From a virus (taxonomy: Duplodnaviria; Caudoviricetes), in the IMG/VR virus record IMGVR_UViG_3300044476_000088, positions 1 through 29,951 of that record: 29,951 bases of DNA. One strand, given 5' to 3'. Both the position numbers and the translations under genes were made by a program. Of this stretch, positions 9,183 to 17,625 are shown piece after piece. The notes below the pieces were generated by a model. It did not search any database and was not told the origin of the DNA. It was given only the letters and a program-made list of their open reading frames with translations. Numbering within the stretch: the stretch's first letter is position 1; every line of letters begins with the position of its first letter.

Positions 9183-10830
9183 CTGCCACCTCCGTCAACG
9201 CATTCTCGCCGCTGGTGGGGGCCTCTGCCATCTTCTTCATGGTGTCGGCCTGCACGTTGCTCTGCTCGATCTGCTGTTGCTGCTGTTGCTGCGCAGCACG
9301 GTCTGCGCGGATCTGCGCGACCACCTTCTCGTCGTTCAGGATGCGCACCGGCGCGCCGCTCATGTCGGTGTAGATGTTCATCACCTCGTCGATGTTCACG
9401 TTGTCCAGGCCCTGCGGGTAGAACTCTGCGTTCTCGCGAGCGAAGCCCATCACGCGCTCGATGCCCACCACACCGTTCAGCTTCATCGCCTGCGCCAGCT
9501 CGCTGATGTATTCCACGGTCAGCGGTGCGCCAGCGAGAGCCTCGGGAGGCTCAGGGATCAGACCCTTGAACTCGGGCTGCTGCATGATCTCGTAAGTGCG
9601 CTCGACCAGTGTGTCCAGCAGCTCATCGTTCAGCGTGAGCAGGATGGGGCCGATGCTCTGGATCTTCTCGTCGATGCGAGCGCGGATCTCTTCGGCAGTG
9701 CGCGCAGAGTCGATGCCGCTCATCGCCATGAACACGTCCTCGTAGAGGCCCTTGCGGATGCGGTCTTCGAGTCGTTGGATCTTCGCTTCGACGTGCTGCA
9801 GCGGTGCGCTCTGGATCGTGTGCAGCGGTTCGATCTTCTGGTTGGGGCCTGCTACGAAGTTGAGCCCACCGGAGAACTGGTTGATCTCCTTGCGTCGCAG
9901 CTCCACCGGCACGTTCAGCGCAGGCGTGATGACCTTGTCCAGGAGCTGCAGGCTGCGCTTCTCCAGGAGCTGCAGCTCCTTGATGGAGCCCAGCACATCC
10001 ATGGCGGGGGAGTGACCGTAGACGTCGCCCTGCGACGCGGCCCAGCGTGGCGCGATCACCGCGAAGCTGTTGAAGCCACTGCGACGCAGGAACTTGTCGT
10101 CGTTCGATCCGACCTCATACCACACCGAGCGGAACTTGAAGAACCGCGCCAGCAGTGCGTCTGGAACGAACTCAGGGTTCGGCTCGACGCAGTGCCTGAT
10201 CGTGACCAGCACGTCAGTGCCGTTCTTGGTCTTCATCGCTGTAGCAACCTGCTCGCTAACGTTGTGCAGTCCGAACTTCTCGACGAGCTGCGCGCGTGTC
10301 ATCTGGAACTCGCGGTAGCACGTCGTCACTCTGCCGTCGCCGCCGAGCGCGAGCCGGTAGCTGCCGATGGGCAGCATCTCGCAGCGGATCACGGTGTCGG
10401 TGTCCTGCTCCACCACGAAGCAGCCCGTGCCGTAGAGCAGCAGATCCTGGTAGACCAGCGGCAGCACGGTGTAGAGGTTGCTACGCAGGAACACCTGGAG
10501 GACACGATCCGTAACCACGTCGAGCCACATGCGCACGTCCTGCCGATGGTTCAGCTCTTCGTTCGCAGTCTTCAGCTTGATCCATGGGCGCGCAGGGTTC
10601 GTGATCTTCGACATCATGCCGCGCGCCGTAGCACGCACGCTGAAGGTAGCAGTCTCGTTCAGGATCTTCTGGTTCGCCTTGTAGCCCTTGTTCCGGTCAG
10701 TGACCAGGAAGCGCGCCATGCGCGGCATCACGTAGTCGCAGAGATCACGCCAGTGGCCGATCCATGACGATGCGTCCTGGTCGAGCGCAGCCCAGCGCGT
10801 GTTGAGTTGTGCCTTCAGCGTGTCGCCCAT
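9172..10830 (-). CDS. Portal / head-tail connector (Bbp21-like)
   Basis: WIGHWRDLCDYVMPR, NPARPWIKL, SNLY, DLLLYGTG, VYGHSPAMDVLG, RTAEEI and VEYIS motifs. Start ATG 10830 lies just after the upstream stop. Confidence 0.95.
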   Translation of the reverse strand: MGDTLKAQLNTRWAALDQDASSWIGHWRDLCDYVMPRMARFLVTDRNKGYKANQKILNETATFSVRATARGMMSKITNPARPWIKLKTANEELNHRQDVRMWLDVVTDRVLQVFLRSNLYTVLPLVYQDLLLYGTGCFVVEQDTDTVIRCEMLPIGSYRLALGGDGRVTTCYREFQMTRAQLVEKFGLHNVSEQVATAMKTKNGTDVLVTIRHCVEPNPEFVPDALLARFFKFRSVWYEVGSNDDKFLRRSGFNSFAVIAPRWAASQGDVYGHSPAMDVLGSIKELQLLEKRSLQLLDKVITPALNVPVELRRKEINQFSGGLNFVAGPNQKIEPLHTIQSAPLQHVEAKIQRLEDRIRKGLYEDVFMAMSGIDSARTAEEIRARIDEKIQSIGPILLTLNDELLDTLVERTYEIMQQPEFKGLIPEPPEALAGAPLTVEYISELAQAMKLNGVVGIERVMGFARENAEFYPQGLDNVNIDEVMNIYTDMSGAPVRILNDEKVVAQIRADRAAQQQQQQQIEQSNVQADTMKKMAEAPTSGENALTEVAGVF

Positions 10831-10831
10831 G

Positions 10832-11710
10832 TCAGGCCCCCAGCTTCGGCTTGGCGACGGAGATGCCACCCAAGCCGCTCAAGCCGCCGATGATCTGATC
10901 CCGGCGACCATACTTCTTCCGGCCATACGCACCCAGCAGGTCTGTGGTCTGCATACTGTTGTCGACCTTCGTCTCCGAGGCTGCAGCAGCGTCCTTCTTC
11001 TTCTGCTCCTCTGCAGCAGCGGCAGCGTCCTGCTGCTTGGTGAGGTCGGTCTTGGCAGTGGCAACCATGGAGGAGGCATTCTCTCTGTTCTTACGATCAC
11101 GCTCAGCAAGCTCAGGGCTGCGCGTGTTCTGCTGCATGGAAGGATCGATGTTGGTCTTCACCGTCTCAGTAGTGAGCCCCGACGCAATCGAGGCACCACT
11201 AGCGGCGAGCCCAGGCAGATTGGCAGTGAGCAGAGAGCCGAGCGCGCCGAGTCCTCCCTTGGCGACTTGTCCCCAATCAGACACCTTGACGCTCGTCGTG
11301 GTCCGCGTCTTCGAGGGATCATTGGCATTCGCGATGCGCTCCGCAAGATTGGAGTCAGATCCGAAAGAGCGCATGGAAGGGCGCACGTCAGAGGTAGGCG
11401 CAGCGTCACCCGCACGCAGTCGTCCTCGAATGTCGGGGTCCACCGAAGTGTCCTCGTCGCTCACGCGCTCGTCGCCGTAGTCGGTAGCCTCGCTGCGTTC
11501 ACGCGTGCGGTAGTTGCCAGCACGACCTGCGTCAGGATCGTAGAAGTGCGGCAGGCCCGTCTGCGGATCGACGGTGCCTGCACCGCCCTCGGCCTTGAGC
11601 TTCGCCGCCTCCTCGGGCGTGATGTGCGCGAGGACCGTGTCCTGCCCTCCTGAGTTCTTTGCGCCCAGCTTGCGGAGCGCGCGCACCGTAGCATGTATGT
11701 TCGCAGCCAT
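10832..11710 (-). CDS. Hypothetical virion-associated protein upstream of portal
   Basis: 292 aa with GGAGG RBS. C-terminus GRRDQIIGGLSGLGG...KPKLGA resembles the small pre-portal proteins of T7/BPP-1-like phages; N-terminal LAHITPEEA..LK..GGAGTVDPQTGLP motif. Confidence 0.7.
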   Translation of the reverse strand: MAANIHATVRALRKLGAKNSGGQDTVLAHITPEEAAKLKAEGGAGTVDPQTGLPHFYDPDAGRAGNYRTRERSEATDYGDERVSDEDTSVDPDIRGRLRAGDAAPTSDVRPSMRSFGSDSNLAERIANANDPSKTRTTTSVKVSDWGQVAKGGLGALGSLLTANLPGLAASGASIASGLTTETVKTNIDPSMQQNTRSPELAERDRKNRENASSMVATAKTDLTKQQDAAAAAEEQKKKDAAAASETKVDNSMQTTDLLGAYGRKKYGRRDQIIGGLSGLGGISVAKPKLGA

Positions 11711-11979
11711 CACGCACCTCCATGGAATCGTTCGATGTGCTTGTAGAAGTCACTCTTCAGTTCGTCGAATGCCTTCGACGCGAACTCGTTGTTCTGCTTG
11801 ATCAGCTCCAGCTTGATGTTGATGTCGGCCAGTGCTACTTGGATCTTCGCGAGCTGCGCGGGGATGCTCATGTCCTTGCCGTCGCCCATGATCTTGTCCC
11901 AGAGCATCTGCAGGAGTAGCAGCGCAAGCCCACCCAACAGGCCAGCCACCACGGGGTTGGTCGTGTCCACCGCCATCAT
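11710..11979 (-). CDS. Small single-TM plus coiled-coil membrane protein
   Basis: Hydrophobic VVAGLLGGLALLLLQMLW followed by a heptad-like segment; AAGGAG RBS; overlaps both neighbours. Confidence 0.7.
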   Translation of the reverse strand: MMAVDTTNPVVAGLLGGLALLLLQMLWDKIMGDGKDMSIPAQLAKIQVALADINIKLELIKQNNEFASKAFDELKSDFYKHIERFHGGA

Positions 11980-12269
11980 TGCGCTCCTTTGTGCGAGAGC
12001 GCATTGTGCGCGGCCAGCAGCGTGTTCTGCTCGTTGATGAGAACCTCGATGTGCTTACTACGCTCACTGACAGCCTCCAACGACATGTGCAGTCGCTGCA
12101 GCATGATCAACGCAGCGATGGTCGCGCTGATCATCAGCCAGACGTGAACGCGATGCACGACCATATCGAACCGATGAGCATGCTCCATGTGCTGCGCGAT
12201 GCGCTCAGCGTTGATGCAGTCGGTCGCTCGTCGCTGTGGTATCTCTGGGCAGTGTGTCTCAGGGCACAT
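11976..12269 (-). CDS. Small membrane protein (RRATD motif, one TM, coiled coil)
   Basis: QRRATD, hydrophobic VWLMISATIAALIML; GAGG RBS; coupled to the next gene. Confidence 0.65.
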   Translation of the reverse strand: MCPETHCPEIPQRRATDCINAERIAQHMEHAHRFDMVVHRVHVWLMISATIAALIMLQRLHMSLEAVSERSKHIEVLINEQNTLLAAHNALSHKGAQ

Positions 12270-12370
12270 AGGAACCTCGTAGGGAGGCCAAGGGCTGAAG
12301 CGTGGCTCTACCGCCGACGAGCGCGCCGGTCACACGAGCAAACTGGTTGTCCACGCCATTCATACCTCGA

Positions 12371-12393
12371 CCTCCGACACGTAGTGTCGGAGG
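12371..12393. repeat. Perfect 10-bp inverted repeat (hairpin or operator)
   Basis: CCTCCGACAC-GTA-GTGTCGGAGG in the intergenic gap upstream of the structural genes. Confidence 0.8.
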
Positions 12394-12408
12394 CATTTGG
12401 TCCGGTGT

Positions 12409-12597
12409 CTACGATGTGCTTTCCCCATTGGGGAAAGTCATCTTCCGCACGTCGTCCAGGTTCCACAGGAGCTTGCCACCAGTGGTTGTCCGCGTCTCCA
12501 GATGCTCGCGCATCTTGTTGCGGAACGTCTTGTCACAACAGTCCATGCCGCTGAGTCGGCGCGCTTCAGTGGTCGAGATCCAGATCTTGCTCATCAA
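12409..12597 (-). CDS. Small putative DNA-binding protein (Xis/MerR-like HTH)
   Basis: 62 aa, WISTTEARRLSG...TFRN...RTTTGGKLLWNLDDV pattern; start overlaps the terL stop. Confidence 0.6.
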   Translation of the reverse strand: MMSKIWISTTEARRLSGMDCCDKTFRNKMREHLETRTTTGGKLLWNLDDVRKMTFPNGESTS

Positions 12598-14072
12598 GCC
12601 CTCGCGAGTGGGTCGTAGTCGTAGTTTGAGACTCGGCGTTCGAGCGCGAACGCTTCGTCGGTGTTGCCGTTGTTGTGCGCGTGCGTGATGGCTTGAACGA
12701 TGGTCTGCGCGGTGGTGGTCGCTGGCATCTCTGGGAGCGCGAAGGTGTTGGCGAGTGCGTCGGCGAGGTCAGGGCTGCGCTGCAGGCGCTGCTTGATCTG
12801 ATCCTTGTCTTCGAGCTGCAGCTTGCCGCCGTTGAAGAAGTAGGTGGGTGTGGTCAACTCTGCTACAAGCTCGGGAATGTTGGGCAGCGATCCGCCACGC
12901 TTGATCCATTCGGCCATCGCGAACCACATCTCCGCACGTCGATTGCGGTAGCGCGGATCGATGGAGGGCGCGTGATACTGCAGGCCCATGGGCGACTGTC
13001 CTGCGGTGATCAGGCAGTCGATCACGCCGTGTCCCCAGTGCCCAGTGTCGTCGACGAACAGCTCGACGTCGCCGCCCCATCGATGCACGCCCTGTAGCAC
13101 GCGCGCTGCGATGTTATCGGTGCGGATGCCGCGCATCGTCACAGGCTCAAAGGCCGCGAGCCCTTGGCGAGGGAACAGCACGGTGCGATCATCGCCGAAC
13201 CGCGCAACGTCAATGCCCATGCGCTTCTGCGCGTAGCGATACTCCTGCTCGTTATAGTGCCTGCCCATCGCAGAGCGCACCTCTTCGTGCGAGAGCAGCG
13301 TGTTCATGGAGCTGGGCGGGAACTTGCCGAACACGTTGACCAGCACCCAGGGATTGTCACGCCCATACTTCTCGATCTGCTCGCGCGCCCACTGGATGCT
13401 GATGCGCTTGGCACGCTTGGGATCGTCAGGATCGCCCGTGATCTCCTTCACCCACCACAGATGGCGCTCCTGGTCGCACGCGCGGAACAGAGGCCCTTCC
13501 AGGTGGGTAGGATTGCCAGCGATCAGCAGCTTCGTCTCGATGCCGGTGGAGAGCCCAGCCTCTGCTGCAGCCATCACGCCGTCGGGAATGCCGCCTGCCT
13601 CATCGAGCATGAACAGCAGGTAGTCGGCGTGCAGGCCAGCGAGCGTGTCTGCCTGCTGCTCACGGCTCGCGCTCTTGCTCCACGCACGGGCAGACATCCA
13701 GTGTGTCTCCGGTGCCTCGCGCAGCACGATGCGCGTCTTGCTCCACGAGAACTGCTGCTCCAGCAAGTGCGACTTGCTCTGCCACAGTGCCATCTCAGTC
13801 CACAGTCCGTCGGCGAGGTTGTCCGAGCTGATCGAGGTAGCAGCGATCTTGCACTGTGGGCGGGTGACCAGGAAGTTCCACGACAGCCAGCTCAGCACGC
13901 ACGTCTTGCCGGGGCCTTTGCACGCCTTCAGCGCGATCCGCTGCTCGTAAGGGAACGCCTCCAGCACGTCGATCTGCCAGTCGTCAGGGCGTGCGCCCAG
14001 GCACTCCTCCACGAACAGCGCAGGATGCGTGCGCCACTCCAGCACCTTGTGGGGGAGCAGCTCGCTATGCAT
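12594..14072 (-). CDS. terL: Terminase large subunit
   Basis: PDDWQ adenine-binding motif, Walker A ACKGPGKT, Walker B FMLDEA, AGNPT coupling motif, nuclease GIDVARFGDDRTV and RSPDLADAL. Confidence 0.95.
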   Translation of the reverse strand: MHSELLPHKVLEWRTHPALFVEECLGARPDDWQIDVLEAFPYEQRIALKACKGPGKTCVLSWLSWNFLVTRPQCKIAATSISSDNLADGLWTEMALWQSKSHLLEQQFSWSKTRIVLREAPETHWMSARAWSKSASREQQADTLAGLHADYLLFMLDEAGGIPDGVMAAAEAGLSTGIETKLLIAGNPTHLEGPLFRACDQERHLWWVKEITGDPDDPKRAKRISIQWAREQIEKYGRDNPWVLVNVFGKFPPSSMNTLLSHEEVRSAMGRHYNEQEYRYAQKRMGIDVARFGDDRTVLFPRQGLAAFEPVTMRGIRTDNIAARVLQGVHRWGGDVELFVDDTGHWGHGVIDCLITAGQSPMGLQYHAPSIDPRYRNRRAEMWFAMAEWIKRGGSLPNIPELVAELTTPTYFFNGGKLQLEDKDQIKQRLQRSPDLADALANTFALPEMPATTTAQTIVQAITHAHNNGNTDEAFALERRVSNYDYDPLARA

Positions 14073-14433
14073 CGACGTCAGCCTCCAGCACCACCATCTC
14101 GCGCGGTGGGAGCGGCATCTTCGCAGCGTTGCGCATCACTTCGAGCAGCGACTGCGTGGGGCCGATGTTCAGATCACGCGGTGCCGTCGCGCGCAGCAGG
14201 GCGCAGAACGTGCGATGGTCATACTTCGCTACCTGCACGAGGTAGTCGGTGCCACCGACCTCTGCGAGCGCGCTGTTCACCATCTCGACCAGAGGCTTGG
14301 GCTCCTCCTTCTGCTTGCTACGCGTTGGAATTGGGAAGGCGACAGTGAGTGTCTTGTCAGGCATCAACGACGAACCGATGTCGTTGATCCGCTGGAATGC
14401 CTCCGTCTTCTTTGCTACAACCCGCGCTGCCAT
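14065..14433 (-). CDS. terS: Putative terminase small subunit
   Basis: Directly upstream of and overlapping terL; ALAEVGGTDYLVQVAK..RTFCALL motif; ATG 14433 with GAGGTG RBS. Confidence 0.65.
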   Translation of the reverse strand: MAARVVAKKTEAFQRINDIGSSLMPDKTLTVAFPIPTRSKQKEEPKPLVEMVNSALAEVGGTDYLVQVAKYDHRTFCALLRATAPRDLNIGPTQSLLEVMRNAAKMPLPPREMVVLEADVDA

Positions 14434-14489
14434 AGGACACCTCGACATCAATTGTCAAGTCCTACGCTTCCCACGTCAAATGCTACACG

Positions 14490-14777
14490 ATTTCACTTTA
14501 CTTTGAAGTCCTCATAACCCGCGCCACCATTGGATGGGAGGGACACGCCCCGCCCGAAGTTGCTTCGGTTCATGAAACTCATTGAAATGACGCAGAACCA
14601 ATGACGGCGCGACTTTGGACGTAGTTCATTTCAGTATTTCACTTCCTTTTAAAATTCTAAGGTGAGAAATATAGAGGGTAGTGTATTTCTCCTTTTTATA
14701 ATGGATTTCGAAAAAAGTGAAATTCGAATAAACACCACGTAGACCCGCACCAGCATTGGGTTTGAGTCATTTCACTT
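14490..14777. repeat. Iteron-like repeat cluster in AT-rich intergenic DNA (candidate origin or packaging site)
   Basis: ATTTCACTT at 14490, 14636 and 14769 (+) and 14715 (inverted); CCAATGnnGGYGCG at 14598 (+), 14520 and 14746 (-). Confidence 0.7.
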
Positions 14778-15226
14778 TGCCTCGCCAAACTGAAGCAAAT
14801 TTGGCCGGTGACTACAAAATAGGCATTTTTTTGTAAAATACCGGCGTGAAAACAACCTTTTGAGGTTTGAGTAGGTTTTCTTCGATGGTGCTCAGTGGCA
14901 GCAATAGTTCCACAGCAACATTGCTCGAAGACACTGTGCCTTCTAGGTCGGACGTCGTAGATCCTTTCCCATGGCCCGTTCCATGCGAATTAATCTTATA
15001 TCATCGTAAAATTACGGGTTACATAATCATTTTTCGCGTAGCAAATTATCGATGGTTCATCATTATTTCGCTGTATACCGTCGGACATGCTGAGTGTTGG
15101 TGCGGTTCTACATGCCACTTTTTTGGACTCGCCTTAGAAAGTAGGTGGTTTGAAAAAGCCCTTGGCACCACTGCGTCTCCAAGGACTGTCGATAATTTCC
15201 CATTGGTGGCTCATCATGATTTTCGG

Positions 15227-15235
15227 TGATATACT
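15227..15235 (+). promoter_or_regulatory. Extended -10 promoter for the primase-helicase gene
   Basis: TG-A-TATACT about 105 nt upstream of ATG 15342. Confidence 0.55.
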
Positions 15236-15341
15236 CCGATTCCCGCCGGACCTGTGGCCTTGTGGTGGGGTTGGATGCCTCTCCAGCATCCCGGCAGGCA
15301 TGCCGCACAGGTTCGGCACTCACCACTTTTGAGGAGATCAC

Positions 15342-17312
15342 ATGCCCGAACTCGCCCCTTCAACCCTGGCAAAACTGGCTCAGTCGAGACTGACCGCAGA
15401 GGATGCCGAGCTACTCCAGATCCACTCCATCGATGCAGACGAAGCCGCCACGCGAGGGTTCGCACCCCGTGGCGGCTTCGTCATTCCCTACTTCGACCTC
15501 GATGGCAAGCCCACGAGCTTCTGTCGTGTGCGCTACATCGATCCTCCCAAACCCAATGGCTTCAAGGCTCTCCCGTCGAAGCCGCAGAAGTATGCACAAC
15601 TCCCTGGCACGTTGAACGAGGTCTACCTCCCCCCATTTGTCGATTGGCGCGCTGTAGCAGATGACACTGAGGTGCCCATATTCGTCACTGAAGGCGAGCT
15701 GAAGTCTGCGTGCGCAACGCGTCTGGGCCTGCCTACGCTGGGCCTGGGCGGTGTATGGAACTTCCGCGCAGCGAAGCAGAACATCCTGTGGCTCCCACAA
15801 CTCGACGAGATCAAGTGGAGTGATCGCACGGTGTTCATCGTGTTCGACAGCGATGCCGTCAACAATCCGATGGTGCGCGCTGCCGAGTCAGCCATCGGGC
15901 GCATGCTTTTGGAGAAGGGCGCAAAGCCCCTGGTGGTGCGGCTTCCCGAAGAGACGAAAGGATTCGACGATTGGATCGTCGCGCGTGGAATCGAGAGCAT
16001 CGACGAGCTGACGGACCAGCTCGGCACGTTGCCCACCGATCCTGTGGATCAACTCTCAGTGGAGCTGCACCGCCTGAACGAAGAGGTGGTCGCCATCCTC
16101 GCTCCACCGTGCGTGATGGCGTTGCGCTCGCTGGATCGCATTCGTGTCGGCGACTTCCTCGGGATCACGCACAGTGATCGGATCGTGCGCGAGGTCAACG
16201 CGAAGGGACAGCTCGTCGCCCATAGCGCAGCGAAGAAGTGGCTGCAGTGGCCGGGCCGCGCGAAGGCGCAAGGGCTCGACTATCGTCCCGGCGAACCGCA
16301 GTGGCTCGACGATGGTCGTATCAATCTGTGGCGTGGGTGGGGCTGCACGCCCAAGACGGGTGACGTCGCTGCGTTCGAGGAGTTCGTGAAGTTCGCTGGC
16401 CTCTCCGAGTGGTTCGTCCAGTGGCTCGCGTATCCTCTGCAGCATCCCGGCGCGAAGCTGCACAGTGCTGTCGTGTTGTGGGGCGCGGAGACGGGCACCG
16501 GCAAGAGCCTGCTCGGTGAGGTCATGACCTCTATCTATGGCGACAATGCCACGGCCATCGATGACTCGCGCCTGAACTCACGCTTCAACTCGTGGGCCGC
16601 GAACAAGAGCTTCGTCGTGGGCGAGGAGATCACCGGCGCGGAGAGCAGGCAGCTCGCCAACAAGGTGAAGGACATGATCACGCGACGCACGCTGCGCATC
16701 GAGCAGAAGGGGCTGGATACCTACGAGCTGATCGATCACTGCAACTACCTGCTCCTCTCCAATATGCCCGACGCGTTTCGTATTGACCGCAAGGACCGCC
16801 GCTTCTACGTCCACGAGATGCCTGAGAGGAAGCTGCCGCCAAAAATCATCGCTGGCATGAAGGCACTGAAGGCTGATCCGTCCGCACTGTTCGAGCATCT
16901 GCTGCACATCGACCTCGCTACCTTCGATCCTCATGGTGAGCCACCGATGACGACGGCGAAGCTTGAGATGATCTGCGACAGCCAGAGCGACGTGGAGTCG
17001 TGGATCATGCGGCACCTTCCGAACCTGCGCCTCGCCAGTGCCGAGGAGCTGCTGCACGCCTACGAGCCCGACGCGACCCGTCGGCGCATCAAGGCCAATG
17101 GCATGACGCGCTCGCTCAAGCTGCAAGGCTACCGCCACGTCTATGGTGGCGCTCAGATCCGTTTGACCAACGGCACTCAGGTAAGACTGTTCGCCATCGC
17201 GGCAGACGCAAAGGACCGGCAGTGGCTGCTGCAGCCACGACGCACGGTGACGGAGCTGCGTGAGATCTACGAGACAGAGCATCCTGCAGGCAGCAAGCCC
17301 AGGTATAAGTGA
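15342..17312 (+). CDS. Primase-helicase (DUF3854/Toprim-like N-terminus plus DUF5906/SF3-type helicase)
   Basis: IPYFDLDG, KYAQ, VTEGELKS, GLGGVW, IVFDSD and KGFDD (Toprim); WLAYPLQHPG, Walker A GAETGTGKS, VVGEE and DRRFYV. GAGGAG RBS. Confidence 0.9.
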   Translation: MPELAPSTLAKLAQSRLTAEDAELLQIHSIDADEAATRGFAPRGGFVIPYFDLDGKPTSFCRVRYIDPPKPNGFKALPSKPQKYAQLPGTLNEVYLPPFVDWRAVADDTEVPIFVTEGELKSACATRLGLPTLGLGGVWNFRAAKQNILWLPQLDEIKWSDRTVFIVFDSDAVNNPMVRAAESAIGRMLLEKGAKPLVVRLPEETKGFDDWIVARGIESIDELTDQLGTLPTDPVDQLSVELHRLNEEVVAILAPPCVMALRSLDRIRVGDFLGITHSDRIVREVNAKGQLVAHSAAKKWLQWPGRAKAQGLDYRPGEPQWLDDGRINLWRGWGCTPKTGDVAAFEEFVKFAGLSEWFVQWLAYPLQHPGAKLHSAVVLWGAETGTGKSLLGEVMTSIYGDNATAIDDSRLNSRFNSWAANKSFVVGEEITGAESRQLANKVKDMITRRTLRIEQKGLDTYELIDHCNYLLLSNMPDAFRIDRKDRRFYVHEMPERKLPPKIIAGMKALKADPSALFEHLLHIDLATFDPHGEPPMTTAKLEMICDSQSDVESWIMRHLPNLRLASAEELLHAYEPDATRRRIKANGMTRSLKLQGYRHVYGGAQIRLTNGTQVRLFAIAADAKDRQWLLQPRRTVTELREIYETEHPAGSKPRYK

Positions 17313-17370
17313 AACGATATGCTGCCTCGTGTAGCATTAAAATTATGAATTGGACCCCGCGTCTGTAGCA

Positions 17371-17408
17371 GTGAGATGCTTTGGGCTCAGCATTACAATT
17401 CCTTGACA
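17371..17408 (+). promoter_or_regulatory. Candidate sigma70-type early promoter(s)
   Basis: GTGAGA-N17-TACAAT (17371-17399) and a perfect TTGACA at 17403 without a clear -10, in an AT-rich gap before the early ORFs. Confidence 0.4.
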
Positions 17409-17625
17409 GCGACACAACGACGATACGAACACTAGCGGAAGCAAGTGCGAGTGAAAGGGATGCCCAGAACGGTTGCCCGAGTAGCTAGACGCGGCAAGGG
17501 GATGCAGTCACCGGCGAGCCTGGAAGAGCAAGGGCCAAGGGGCGCAGAACCACAGAAACAGAAGCCTCCTGGAGAGGAGGCACAGATCTGAACAACCACC
17601 ACCAACCACCTAAAGGAGAACCACC

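Noticed and set aside
3346-10767. Very long plus-strand ORFs (3346-5862, 7280-8950, 9019-10767) and similar antisense ORFs such as 239-1105 and 20033-21277
   Set aside because: They are shadow frames opposite well-supported genes, expected from strong GC3 bias, and show no motifs.
15245-15326. tRNA, C4 antisense RNA or HDV-like ribozyme identity for the structured leader
   Set aside because: It lacks a proper T-loop/D-loop layout and the HDV helix order; kept as an unclassified structure.
14867-15332. ORF-track calls in the divergent AT-rich region
   Set aside because: Atypical codon usage, no RBS, and they overlap repeats and promoter-like elements.
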